A stretch of DNA of 64,000 nucleotides, taken from contig NC_058368.1 in NCBI RefSeq assembly GCF_018350175.1, positions 161,512,001 through 161,576,000 of the forward strand, given 5' to 3'. The translations under genes and the position numbers were made by a program. The notes under the pieces were generated by a model that worked only from the letters and a program-made list of their open reading frames with translations, ran no database searches and was not told the DNA's origin. Origin of the DNA: Felis catus (Eukaryota). Positions 27,057 through 40,573 of this stretch are shown in pieces. Every line of letters begins with the position of its first letter. The first letter of the stretch is position 1.

Positions 27057-27211
27057 TTATTATGTATTGTTAATGAATATTTATTCATTTAATTAAATGC
27101 TTATTAAGGATTTAATTTATTAAAAATTTAAGGAAAAAGATAAAATCAAGTTCAGACTAGGGATTACTTGTAGGTAAGAAAGAGAAAATGGAATGAAGTA
27201 AAGAAGGGGTT

Positions 27212-27342
27212 GTTTCCCTTTCTTCTCTTTCTTCCCCCCATTCCATATGTTCATCTGTTTTGTTTCTTAAATTCCACTGAATTCTACTTTTAAAACCAAC
27301 ATTACACTGTATATTAACAAACTAAAATTTAAATTAAAAAAA
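27212..27342 (+). mobile_element. Tiny L1 3'UTR insertion with an inverted 5' part
   Basis: Antisense CATATGTTCATCTGTTTTGTTTCTTAAATTCCAC joined to sense TGAATTCTAC...AAAATTTAAATTAAAAAAA. Confidence 0.75.
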
Positions 27343-27613
27343 CGCATGCTCCAGAGGTATACAATAGTTTACTATGCAAAAAAAAAAAAAAAATAGATCC
27401 AAAACCAATATGTAGTAGCATATTCAGATAGGTTAAAACTGAGTTGTGGATACAAAGTTGTTTATTGTAGTAGTATTTTAAAAAAAAAAATTCAAATATA
27501 TAGTACTAATATATATGTATACATTATATATTCTTTCTACCAGAGAAAACATTAATTTTTTCCTCTGGATTTTCTATTATATTTTTACAAATACACACAT
27601 CCACACTTTCTAG

Positions 27614-27652
27614 ACACACACACATGCACACACACACACACACACACACACA
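27614..27652. repeat. (CA)n microsatellite, interrupted
   Basis: Direct reading. Confidence 0.95.
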
Positions 27653-28238
27653 TAAATATAAACCGATTTGTAACTGACTTTAGAAAACTTAATGATATAT
27701 TGTACTGTTTGTTGCACAGTCAAAAGTACAAGTGTGTAGCATGAGTTAGAGTATTTGCATTGCATGCTATTATATATTACAATCACTTTTTGACAGGCAG
27801 TATGTTATTTCATATTTTTTTCACTGTGATAGCCAATGTTCCAATGCATATGGTTTCATAGGCATCAGAATGAGTTCAAAAAATTTTTAACGAAAGGATA
27901 GGGTTCACACAAACACTTTGTTATTCAGTACAGGGATTGAAATAAATTCTATGTTTTATTTGTTTTTCCTAACTATATTGACAAAAGGTAAAAGTAATCA
28001 ACATGTAAATAAAATGTTTCTTATGTTTATAATATTATTGGTATTGTGGAAATGAGAAATGTCAAGGTCTATAAGATTGTTTAAAGTTGTTATTACAGTG
28101 TTAGTTATTGCAATACACAGTGTTTTTATAAGATACAATTAACTGGCACATCACATTTAGATGTCATACTTTTTATGCAAATTTTACTATTAATCATAAA
28201 TATATATATACACATATATATGTATACACACATATATA

Positions 28239-28459
28239 TTATTTTTTATTTTTTTAATGTTTTATTTATTTTTGAGAGAAAGAGAGACAAAGTGTGAGTG
28301 GGAAAGGGAAAGAGAGAGAGAGAGACACAGAATTGGAACCAGGCTCCAGGTTCTGAGATGTCAGCACAGAGCCCGATGTGGGGTTCCAACCCACTAACCA
28401 TGAGATCATGACCTGAGCTGAAGTCAGATGCTTAACTGATTGATCCACCCAGGTGCCCC
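28239..28459 (-). mobile_element. CanSINE
   Basis: CCACCCAGGTGCCCC end, GA tract, T tail. Confidence 0.95.
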
Positions 28460-30368
28460 ATACATTCTTTATTTTTGTAAAACATCTCTAAGGAGCTCAA
28501 AGCACATTTCAGACTTTGGAACTAATTCTCACAACATAATCCTTTGAGCTTGATCTATGATGATTTGGGTCCTTATTGTCCTTCTCACTAATATGGCAGT
28601 ACGAGTCACGTGTATTCTTGGAAATGGAAAGAAAATGTGCTTTCCTCCTTCCTGAAGGAACTCTTGATCTGTATCTGTCTTGAAGAAGTATTGGAAAAGG
28701 CCTCAGTAGGGTTCTTGCTTCTTTTAGACTATAATTCATCTGTGAATTGACATGGACCAACTTGGACAAATCACCTCCAACTTTAAAATCTTTTTAGTTT
28801 AGTTACCGAACTCACTTTTTGCTTTCTTTTGTTCACTTGGCATTTCAGATTGAAAATTGGCCAAGGAAACTGGTCAGTTCAGGATTTTACCCTGTTGAGA
28901 ATATCACTGTAAAATTATAAAGAGTGCCCTCACACACTGCTTAGAGTCAGTGGTCTGTATTCTAATGACAGCTCTTGAGGTCTTCACAGAATGGTTGTTC
29001 TCTTTACTCCTTTGCTACTCCTTGTCTCTCAAACTTTTTGTCTCTTACTAGAATCCACTGTGCTCATGACTAAGTAACCAGCTCTTTCTGGGTAAAGATT
29101 TCCTAATTCTACTCTTTCAAGGAAGGTAATTCTATAGCTTTTCTCCCCTCTTCTACACTCTCAGTCTTCCTCTTGACAGCTTTTTCTTATTTTCATCTGT
29201 TTTCTGATATTACAATCCTATCTCTTTTCTTATTTCGGTATTTCCTTGGGATAGCTGGCCTCACTTTTTGTGGTTTTTCACATCTAGACATTCAGAGATG
29301 AAAACTCTAAGCACTAGATCACTCTCCGGGAGGAAAAGTGAACATGATAAAACTTGCAATTTTATATCTTTACACCTTTGCTGAAACACTTTCCGTCTTA
29401 AGTATGATTCCGCCTCTATTCCTGCCAAAACTAATAATGATTCACATTATGTTTGAAGTGCATTTTTCGTTTGTGTGGCTTTTGAGATCTTTTCTGCTAG
29501 AGTGAGAAGTGATCATCTCTCCTCATTTTAAATGAGTTCATATTTATTGAGCACATATTATATGAATTATTTTATTAGATACATTACACACCATCTCATG
29601 TATCTTTCATTAACACCCTGAGTTAATGGATTTCAGTTCTTTCAAATGCCTTATTTTATAACAAATGTTTTCTGACCTCTTTACCATCTTGAAACTGAAT
29701 TCACAGAAAAAGCAACATGCTTATATACCTAATTTCAAAAAAAGGATATAATTTTATCTTGGTGGAAAATAAATTTAAATGAATAAATACAGTGGCGTAT
29801 ATTTTAATATGTAAATGTTCAGGCATGATCACAATAGATGGCTTAATGAAGTGGTCAGATTCTTTCACCTTTTAACAGAACTAAGGATCAGAAACCATTC
29901 TGTACATGAGCTATAGGAAAACCAAAGAGAAGAGATATTATTAGATGCCAATCCAACACAAGTGTTAAGATAAATATTCAGGGATAAGATATTAGCGTAT
30001 GATAAGAAACAAAAGATATAAAATAATCAATAAAGAGTAAACATAACAAGACAAATTACAAACTGAACTGGAGGAAAGAGAAAGGATGATGTAACCTTGA
30101 AAAACTTCATAAAATCGTCATTTAATTTTGGCATTTTTTGTTTGTTTTGTTTTTCTTTTTTGCTTCATTTGGAAAACAAAAATCTTGACAGAAGAGCCAT
30201 AAATTTAATTTATGTACAGCAGAACAGAAAGCAGTGTCAAGTATTCACATAACAATTGTTGAGTTTTTCATACTACTGGCTATGTCACACAGGGTATTAA
30301 CCTATAGATTTCTATCTATATCATATTATTTCTATATTATCTCTATACTATCTCTCTCTGTTTCCTTT

Positions 30369-30596
30369 TTTGTTATTATTATTATTAATTATTATTATAT
30401 TAGAGAGAGACACACAGAGACAGAGACAGAGAGTAAGCAGGGGAGGAGCAGAGGACAGACAGAGACAGAATCAGAACCAGGCTCCAGGCTCTGAGCTGTT
30501 AGCACAGAGCCCAATGCGCGGCTCAAACCCACAAGCAGTGAGATCATGACCTGAGCTGAACTCGGACGCCTAACTGACTGAGCCACCCAGGTGCCT
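30369..30596 (-). mobile_element. CanSINE
   Basis: TSD CTCTCTGTTTCCTTT at 30354-30368 and 30595-30609. Confidence 0.95.
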
Positions 30597-30710
30597 CTCT
30601 GTTTCCTTTGAACGCAATAGACACAAATACAAGCTGATGCAAGTGTGTGAGTTGGGCTGCTCAAATACTATATTGCCCCTAGGTTTGTTATTTTTGAAGT
30701 GATGAACCAC

Positions 30711-30796
30711 TCAGGAAATAAAAATACAGTCTTTCCTTGACTTGCATATTAAGTTCAGGAAATAAAAGTAGTCTTTCCTTGACTTGCATGTTAAAA
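30711..30796. repeat. Tandem duplication of a 42-44 bp unique segment
   Basis: TCAGGAAATAAAA..AGTCTTTCCTTGACTTGCAT occurs at 30711 and again at 30755. Confidence 0.9.
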
Positions 30797-31665
30797 TTCA
30801 ATATAAACCAAATCTGGGCAAAGGTACTTGGTGTATATATGTAAACAAAGGTTTAGGGTGTTATAATTTTAAACAGATTTTACACTACATTTCCAGACAG
30901 ACATTTAAAACTATGTAGAGATGCAGAATCTGCTTCACACTGAAAAGACATGGACAGCACACACCTCCTCTCAAATCTAGCAGTGCCTCCAACCACTGAG
31001 GCAATCGTTGTTAATATTTGCAGTGTCCAGGCCTTGCTTACTAACTAGAATACAGATTTAGAGGCATGCTAGTTTGTAATTATCTTTGTATGCCCTAAAA
31101 GCATCCAGCATAATATCTTGCATGTAATGAGGGATATAAATAATAATTTTCCAATTAATTGACTTAAAATGTAATTAAGCTCTTCATTGGGTAGCTTGCT
31201 ACATTGGAAAAGAGAGCTTAAATAAATCAAACAATATGCTTATGACATAACCCTATTTCAGATGTAGACCACTAGTCCTATCATAAATTGATCAGCCATC
31301 AGATCATGTTAACTCTCTGCTAATAGTATAAAGTGTGAGACCATAAGGATATTTCAAAAAAACTATCTTCTCTCCAGAGGGTGTGACAAAATGGAATGTG
31401 TCCAAATATGTTTTATCAATCCCAAGAAAGCAAAACATTATATCTGCCAAGCATTCCAGCCAACTAGGACCCTCCTTGATATAATGGTGTATACACTTTT
31501 GTTGCTCGCAAACCTTTGGTAGCCCCCCTCCCATTTTGCTCCTGAATTAGACATGCAATTACATTAATTCTTAGATGATTGTATTTTCTATAATTCAGGG
31601 CCATTAATATTTTTAAAAAGCTCTATACATTTGTTTTTTACTAGAAGTGACTCTAAGAGCTATTT

Positions 31666-31882
31666 ATTTTAATTTTTTTAATATTTGTTTATTTTTGAGA
31701 GACACGGAGGGACAGAGCACAAGCAAGGGAGGGGCAGAGAGAGAGACACACAGAATCTGAAGCAGGCTCCAGGCTCTGAGCTGTCAGCACAGAGCCTGAT
31801 ATGGGGCTCGAACCCACGAACTGTGAGATCGTGACCTGAGCCAAAGTCGGATGCTCAGCCAATTGAGCCACCCAGGCACCCC
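31666..31882 (-). mobile_element. CanSINE
   Basis: TSD CTCTAAGAGCTATTT at 31651-31665 / CTCTAAAAGCTATTT at 31882-31896. Confidence 0.96.
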
Positions 31883-31997
31883 TCTAAAAGCTATTTGTGC
31901 TGGTGGTGGAACAACACATAAGATTCGTAGAAACGGAATAGGAAGGAATGAAGTCATGACTGAGGAATAGAGGCAAGGGCTTCTCTTGTTCCTACAG

Positions 31998-32090
31998 ATA
32001 TACACAAGTGATTTTCAATCCACTAGACTGTGGTGGTGTTCAGACACTGACAACAACACTGCTGCAGATTTTCCCCCTGAGGTTCCTGTG
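31998..32090 (+). other. Candidate 93-nt spliced exon of an unidentified transcript
   Basis: Acceptor TTCTCTTGTTCCTACAG and donor GTG|GTAAGT; two frames are open but neither peptide is recognised. Confidence 0.35.
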
Positions 32091-34859
32091 GTAAGTCTAG
32101 CTTAGTTTAGTCCCCATTGTGGGCTGGAACATGTTAAAGAGAATCATGTTTTTTCTTTCCAGCATTTGACTAAGTACGGCTTGGCCATGCCCTCTCTCCC
32201 TCTAAGTATACTAACATTAAGTCACCAATCTGTAATTGCGGGCACGATGACTAACATTTTCTTTTTACTCTTTTTCTCAAATTTAAGTTGCCATCATGGA
32301 CTCTACAAAGCATGTCCTGTCAAGATGAGTAGTTAAGTATTTGTGGTAGTTTTCATTTGAAATGTGCAGGAGATTTATAGGTTTTCATTAATGCGAATGT
32401 TTCATCTGAGTGTGTTCAAACAAGTACTCCTTTGGATGTGATTTTCAGATCTTGTTCATACATGGCTGATTTCAGGGCAGAATAAGGCAAAGACTATTTC
32501 TGCAAAAGTACATATATTTCATACAACTGAAGGTAGGGCTCTTGAAGCACTGATACATTTTCTAAAAACTAGATATTTATTTTGTTTTTGTGCATGTAGT
32601 AATTGGTAGACTAAAAATGATAGAGGACTGTTCCGTCATCTTTCTCCCTTCTGGCTTGGCACTCACTGCAGAAGCTAATGAGTGCAATGGTGAGAATTTA
32701 TCTGTCGTCTTGCAGCTACTGGGGCTACTTGGCATCAGTTCTCATAGATACCTCGTTGTTGTTGCAGTTCTGTCTCCAGGGCCAAATAGGATCTCAGCAG
32801 CTCATTTAGAGATAATATTAGTCCAATGAAGCACTTTTATGGCATTTGGATCAGTTCTGCTTGACAGATTATAAATTCATTTTATTTCTGGATATGATAT
32901 CAGTTACTAATGTTCCTGATGCTAAAGGTTAGAAGCCATGGTAATGAGGAAACCTAATGTATTTTTAGCTTTCATCAAAAAATCATATGTTGTGTTTGCA
33001 GCCAGTGTGAAATGGGACTCTTAAAGTTGCAAGTTCAAAAATAGGTTCCCAACCTGTCTTCAGCACAGAGGAAACATACTGCTTTACATAACGTAGAAGT
33101 CCAAAGAAAGAATTGGGTCTCATCTGAAGATTAAACCTGGGACCATGGATAATATGCAGATCCAGAGACACTCCAGGAAGCCATTTTGTATTCTGAGAAG
33201 TCAGAAATTGCAAACTCCTTTGCTTTCCAGTTTCATACAGTGAAACCATGGAATCTGTGGATAGAACTGGAAAACCCCCATGTGAGGGCAGACCACTAGA
33301 AGCTCTTATTCTATTTACTGTCCCCTTTAGAAGATCCAGGGGCTCCAGAGCCATCCCACAGTTTAAGTCTTAAAAGCTTCTCTGTGGCATGGCCCCATTT
33401 GTAGAAATTGCATAAACCTTGAGATAAGTCACTAAAAAGTAACTAAAAAGCAAGATACCCATAAGAAGGGTTAAATAAATAAATAAATAAATAAATATCA
33501 CTAGGACTAAGATAAGGAATACTTTTTTCACATAACTCTGGACCAATAAAAAATATATGGTTTTACAGATATTATTCTTGCAGGAATATCTAACAGTAGG
33601 GCATAGTAAATATATATCATGAAACTGAGATATTATATGAATAAAAGTTTTTAATTCAGAAAGAACATGAAGGGTGTGGAGCTCACTCCTGATGACTCCA
33701 AAATTTTCTGCTGAGGGAGGACACAGAGGCAGCTATAGGCTAAGAGCAGAGCCCCCAACAGCCAATTACCTACCAGTTATGACCACTCTAACATCTAGGA
33801 GCTTGGCAGCTAGGCATATCATGAGAATGGTTTTGAAACTTCCCATTGTGTTGAAGAGAGTCAGCCTAGGGAAATGCATTATGGAACAAAATTGTAGGCC
33901 AATTTCTTTTCTACATCAAAAATCCTACAGGTTAATCTATCACACTCATTGATCAAATGTTGATGATTCTCATAGAAATGAAAATTTACTCTAAGAATAT
34001 AAACAATTAATAAAATTCCTTTGGCAATAATAAGATATGAGAGGATATTTTAAATCCAATATTTTGAATCCAACAGCTATTGATTATTTTTTCTTTATTA
34101 AAAATTCAAAACCATTCATATTTTTTTTCTTCTGATGTAGGAGTTTTATTTTAAACACCATACTGCTTCATAATAAATAAGCTATCTGAGCCCAAGATGG
34201 ACATTATTTTCAACTCTGTAGGAAGCCATAGTTGCCAAGAAAAGATTTCAAACTGGCAGGTCAATTAGGAGTACAGAACCCCTGCTTCTAGGCAAATTTC
34301 CACGCTGACTCAGAGCAGCATGTCAATGGCTCTTCTCTGCTGGCAAGGTATATGACCTTACCAAATTTACATTTTATTTTCAGAAAAAGAAAAAAAGAGT
34401 ACTGAAGAATTTTATAACTCACTTTCAGAATACAATTTTGGCTTTATGGGTCACAACAGTACTAAAATTTAAAAACTGGATTAAGATTTAAATAATGATC
34501 ACTTGGATGTTGCTTCACAATTATTTTTTACTAAGGGCATATTAGAAATATTTTATATATTAGACATAAAGGATACTTCTTCAACTGGGTAAGCAGACTA
34601 ACCATCCTAATATGTCAGAAATAGTCATTTCAACTCTCTCTGATTTAACCAGAGAGAAAAATCAGTATGTGTTTAAGAGTCATGTATCTTCAGCCCACAG
34701 TTATCTCCATCCTAGGGCTGTTGCTGTCTAGCTTGTATTAGCAATAGAACAGTACATTTTGGTAGGGGGGGCTACATTTTTTCTTCTTCAAAATTTAAGT
34801 AGACAATTTAAAGAATACAGTTTTTGAAAAAAAAGATTGATTATGGTATATCTCATTTT

Positions 34860-35067
34860 TAAAAAGTTTACTATTTTGAGAGAGAGAGTATGCACACACA
34901 TGAGGGAGAGCAAAGGAGGGAAAGAGAGAGACAGAGAAAGAGAGAGAGAATTCCTGCACTGTCAGTGTAGAGCCCTACATGGGACTCAAACTCATGAACT
35001 GTAAGATCATGACCTGAGCCAAAATCAAGAGTCAGAAGCTTAAGCAACTGAGCCACTCAGGTATCCC
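34860..35067 (-). mobile_element. CanSINE, diverged
   Basis: TSD TATGGTAYATCTCATTTT at 34842-34859 and 35068-35085. Confidence 0.94.
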
Positions 35068-36371
35068 TATGGTACATCTCATTTTAAGCAATTGTTCCTA
35101 GACCTTCCAGGTCAAATTTTAAATTATATTTAAATATAACAGGAGTGTATATGTTTTTCAAAGAATGCTTATAGTGAATTTTTTGGTTAAACAAAGAATC
35201 CTTTCGCAATATGCACTTCTGTTTGCTTCTATTGTTCATATCATTCATATGGAACAGAAACTCATTCGAAATACCAATGTAAGGGGTAGGTGTTTCTGAA
35301 AAAACATAACAGCAACAATAGTAGTTGGTCTAATAGATACTAGAAACCTTCATAGAACCAAAAACCTTCAGGAATGGGGATAGTGCAGATGTGGCTGCTC
35401 TTTTTGCCCCTTTCACTGTGTGGTTGTTTTTCCTCTTGTACCTTCTGATCTCCTCTCATGAAGGCCCCTTTTAATCCGCATGAACTCTGTCTCCTAGCTT
35501 CTTATTACTCATAACTTTGGCTTCCCATGAGACCTCAGGGCTCCAACTCTAGCTCATTTATATCCTTCCAGTCTCAGCTCCAACAAACAGTGTACCTCAC
35601 ATCAAGGCAGAATCTGAATGACTCTCTTCATCTTTTATAGCCTATAGGTTTTCTGCTTTAGGGCAAGAGGCCCACCCTAAGACCAATCAGCTATACAGAA
35701 TGTTTTATATTATATGTAACATAAAATAGATCTAATTGAGGACTATACTCTAAGCGTATCCTGAATCTGAAACAGATGACCTTAAAAGAGAACTCTGTAG
35801 GAGTCATTCTGAGACATTTAGAAGATTGGCTTATCTGGTAAAAAAAAATTTATAATTCTCTGAGCTTTGTTTGTTTTTATTTTTCATAAAATATGGATTT
35901 TTACGTGTGCATATGTGTAGGAGAGACAGAGTGAGTTGACACTGTGGTTACCTCTGAAGCTTCTCTTCCCCTTCACTCATCCTAAGGAAGCCAGTTATGT
36001 GATTTGATTGACTTTGACCTCATCCTCATTTCCAGTGGTAAACCTACTCCAAACCATTCAGCATAACCACTTGTTAGTGGTAATTGGTAATCTGAGACCT
36101 AAGACATTCACTATTTCAGTTTTCTTGGGTAAGTAAATAACCTCGTTGAATCAATCAAAATAAAGCCTGAGACTATTGTCTGATCTTCAGGAAGAGTGAG
36201 GTTCTTACTCTTCCTGCTTGGTATGAATGATGAAGCATGTGGTGTCTGAAGCTTGATCAAAGAATAAGCAGTTACTATGAGGTGAGTCATTCTTATGATG
36301 GAACACATACCCCCTAAGTTTGACCTTCTGAATTATACCTCACAGCACATTTCTTTAAATGTTTCAGTTCT

Positions 36372-36604
36372 TTTTTAAGAAAATTTTTAAATGTTTATTT
36401 ATTTTTGAGAGAGAGAGAGAGAGAGAGAGAGAGCACACACAAGTGGGGGAGGGGCAGAGAGAGAGGGAGACACAGAATCGGAAGCAGGCTCCAGGCTCTG
36501 AGCTGTCAGCACAGAGCCCGACACAGGGCTTGAACTCATGAACTGCGAGATCATGACCTGAGCTGAAGTTGGATGCTTAACCAACTGAGCCACCCAGGCG
36601 CCCC
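36372..36604 (-). mobile_element. Felid CanSINE
   Basis: TSD TAAATKTTTCAGTTCT at 36356-36371 and 36605-36620. Confidence 0.97.
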
Positions 36605-37710
36605 TAAATTTTTCAGTTCTGTGAGCTGATATATTTCCCTTAATATTTCACTAAATTATTTAAATGGAATATTCCCAACTAATAGATCCTACTGTATTTT
36701 TTCTGAGGTAAAATTTCATTCAATGAGAAGCTTAGATTTTTAGTTAAGTATTAACTCTAAATAAAATAATATGTTTTATGTAGGTAATATCCAGTAAGCT
36801 ATATTTCCTGAAAGAGTATAAGTGAGTGAAAAGGGATTTCAGGAAAGTTGGGAAAATAGTAAGACAGGTGAGAAAATAAAGTCAGTTCACATGAGTTCTG
36901 TGCAGGCTGGGACAGAATGTAACTGCCACAGAAGAGAGAGACATTTTTTTTTTTTTTTTACCCTGTGATATAATGGATCCTTTAGTAGCTATTGTAATTT
37001 AAGGGGATTGATTATGTGTTACCTTTTTAGTTTTAATTCCTTTTGAATCTGTTCTGCTTGTTTCAGCTTAACTATCATGAATCTGTGGAAAGTTTACCAA
37101 AGAGCTAGCTTTTTAAATCTTTTTAGAGTAGAATGTTCTTTCCCTGGCAGAGCTCAAAGTCAATGCAGGGAGGTTCCCAGACTTTGGGCTCCTAATCAGA
37201 GCCTGAGTAGAATTGTAGGCTGATGTGATGTGAACTGTCGGAGAATGAGCTGGACTGAGATGTGGGTATGAGCACTGAGCAGAGGACAGGGAGCATACTT
37301 GAAGGAGATGACCAGAGCAGAGGCCAAAAAGATGACTATGACTGGAGCAACTCCAAGGAAGTGACTGCTTCTGTGTAGGCAAAACTGGAGAGGGGAGTGC
37401 CACATAGGAGGAAACTCTTCACCCAGGAGCTCTAAGGTCAGGAAATATGCTCTTGGAAAAGGTAGAGCTTTCTGAGAAAGATACTCTATATTAAAACTAG
37501 AGGAAACTTAGCAATATCTCCCAATGTGTGTCTCTTGGAATAGTATTTCTTGGATATATTAATAGATGTGTGATGAAAGGAGAGTTTGGAGGGAATTTTC
37601 TGGTTAAATATATTCAGAAAATAATTTTAAAACAATTTAAGACGTACTCAGGGTCTCATTAATATGTTCTGTGAATCTACTGATTTAGTGTACACTCTAT
37701 ACTTCTTAGA

Positions 37711-37725
37711 CCCCTCTCCTTTTTT

Positions 37726-37777
<52 letters not shown>

Positions 37778-37857
37778 TTTCTTTCTTTTCCTTCCTTCCT
37801 TCCTTCCTTCCTTCCTTCCTTCCTTCCTTCCTTCCTTCTTTCCTTCCTTTCTCTTTC

Positions 37858-37928
<71 letters not shown>

Positions 37929-37929
37929 C
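37711..37929. repeat. Compound (TTTC)n(TTCC)n(TTTC)n pure pyrimidine tract
   Basis: 219 nt without a purine on +. Confidence 0.97.
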
Positions 37930-40498
37930 AAAATCATTTCTTGGCTGTAGAGCTTATGGTATATATTTTAGAAATGTTATTTGAATTTAATCACAGAATG
38001 TTACAGACAAGGAAACCGAGGCCTAGACAGATAACTCAGCTCAACTGGCCTTCATCAATGTGTCAATTAGTGGCTCTGTTAAAATTCAGATCTATACTTT
38101 ACTTTCTCTCTACTTTCTCTCTGTTCCATGATAGTTTCCCTCTTCTATAAAATCTGATATGCATTGTTTTTAATTTCTTTTAAGAAATATTCCCTCTCAT
38201 TCGTGTTGCCTGGTGAATTTTTAAATGTAATTGTAAACTGTTAAGCATGCAGACATGCTTCAACTTTCTAAGTGATGGGCCCAAGTCAATGGATGCTTGA
38301 TTCCTTGAAAAACATGTGGCTTTTTTGTGTCACAGAGACTTCTAACACAGTAGTTATAAATGCTTTTTAAAAGGATAAAATCTTCACTAAATAGAGTATT
38401 ATATAAACAGGAGTTTGTGAAGACATCTATTTTATAGGATTTCTCACTAAAATGGAAGTACCTGTATTTATATATTTTAGCCATTGTTAGGAAGGAAGTG
38501 TTAGTTGGGACTTGAAAATTGGTTTCTTACATCAGACTGATTCAACTTTCATATTTTTCTAAATATCGTCTTGACTATAGAAAAAGAATATTGAAATTAT
38601 GTGAGCAGATTGCCTTATATTGCATTTTTAGGAAAGAGTAGTATAAAACATTCCATAAATGTTGTATAGCTATCTATCGTCTTATATTTTGGAAACACTT
38701 AGAGTGAGCTCATGGTGTGCTGGAAGATTGGAATCTCAGATTATATCTTAGTAAATATTGCAAAATCCATTTCAAATAGTTGAGTAGGTTTTCATAGTTC
38801 AGTGAAGTGTAAGGAAAAAATGATGGAATATATGGGAAGAGTCGTTTAGTCAGTCAGTAGGAGAATATAAGAACTTGTCATTTTTGCATGCATAATTATA
38901 AACTGTAATTCAAAAAAACTAATTAGATGGTAACTAACTAAGGACAATGACAAACCTGATTTTCAGTAGGAGTATTTCTTATAATTGCTTGGATGTAGAA
39001 TAACAATGCCAAACTCTATTAAAATCTTGACATATTATAAAGTATTAAGACACACATAGAATCCATTTCAACTAGGTAAACTCTTTGGAATTGCATATGA
39101 ATAGGAAAATCAAGTGACTCGAGTAAAGGGTGGATAATCATAGAAGTTGTGTCAGTATAGGTTTGTCTAAAACAATGTAATCTTTCTATAGGAATGACAA
39201 GGAAGTCTAATACCAGATGACCCTGTTTCATTGTAGAGACTAGACATCAACATTCAGCATGTTAACCTCAGCTCATAAAGAAAGGTTGTTGTAAACACAG
39301 TTTGGTCACTAGGACCATAAAAGGTGGACAGAGTTTGAGGAAGAGGGAATCAAATATGGGCTTACCAAAGTAGAACAAGAAACCTTAATAATCTATTAGA
39401 TCTTGATCATCACATGGAAAAGTGAAGAGGTGAAGAGAAATCAGGAATGCACACCACAGACCCTCTCATTGAGGTGACATAATTTTAGTTCTGAGATGCA
39501 TAGAGAAAGGTAACTGGATGGAAACTGGGCCAAAGTTCTTTCTCTCTACTATCTATATGAGCTGCAGGAAACTGTCCAGCCTCTCTCACTTGGAGGCTTC
39601 AGCCATCCCATTTATAAGACTTTGCTGCCAACATTTAATACTTCCATATTCAAGGCTTTTAAAAGCAGTCTTAAAACAATTTCCATACAAGAACTGTAAA
39701 ATAGCCATTTCTATTTGAACTCAGAGAATTAAATGAGTAACCTTTTTCCCCTGCAGAAACATGTTCTGTTCTAAATACCTTAATGCCTTTCTTATGTCAC
39801 CCACTAGATGGACATACCCTTTAACCCATTATAGAAAGAATTCTGTAGAAAGAGAGTGAGGAATGATGATGGCACCCTTATTAACAAACTCTCATCTGTA
39901 ATATGCTGCATCAAAGGCAGGTTCACTGTGAAGTTACTGGTGCCTAAGTTTCAGGTCCCTAGCTTGGATGAGCCCCTTCCAAGATGCTGAAAGGAGCCTT
40001 TGCAAAGTGTTCACATTATCATATGCTTGTGTAATATTTGTAAAAGTAATATACTTTCTCTGAGACAGCCTCCACAGAATCTTGAACTGTCCCTTACCAC
40101 TTCTCTGATATGCTAAGAAAACTTGACTTTTCATAATTTGTATATCTGAGCTAATCTTACCCAGCCATTGGATAACAGTTTTTTTTTAAGTTGATAAACT
40201 GCAGTATCTTAATACCTTCTGTACCTTCTGATATTAGCATCTCCTTTTCTGATAACTTTTTTTCTCTTGTCTCTTTTAAGTATATGTTCAGTTTTCAGTG
40301 TTCTGTTCCCAACTCCAACAGTTCTCCACTCCAAGATGGAAATCGTTCTTCTCCCCAACATACATGAGGTAGTATACTCAACCTTGTGGTGTTTTGTAGG
40401 GGAAGGAGAACAGTAGACCATGTATGCTATCTTTTGTGTCTTTGTTAGTTTCCATTTCATTGTTTTAGCTGGTCTAGAGCTAGAGAGCATATAAATTG

Positions 40499-40502
<4 letters not shown>

Positions 40503-40547
<45 letters not shown>
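40503..40547. repeat. (GT)n microsatellite
   Basis: Direct reading. Confidence 0.97.
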
Positions 40548-40551
<4 letters not shown>

Positions 40552-40573
40552 GAACAAAGTCAGGGCCAGAGCC

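Noticed and set aside
28555..28660. ATGATGA...CTGA as a possible C/D snoRNA
   Set aside because: No terminal stem and no recognisable rRNA guide; such motifs are common by chance
36359..36593. Recurring peptides such as AQVMIS and GSVLTAQSLEP in many ORFs, resembling a gene family
   Set aside because: Translations of dispersed CanSINE copies
35280..37440. GC-richer stretches resembling old LTR relics (also about 44780-45560)
   Set aside because: Too degraded to assign family or boundaries by eye
37664..37984. ORFs rich in FLS or KER
   Set aside because: Translations of the TTTC/TTCC microsatellite
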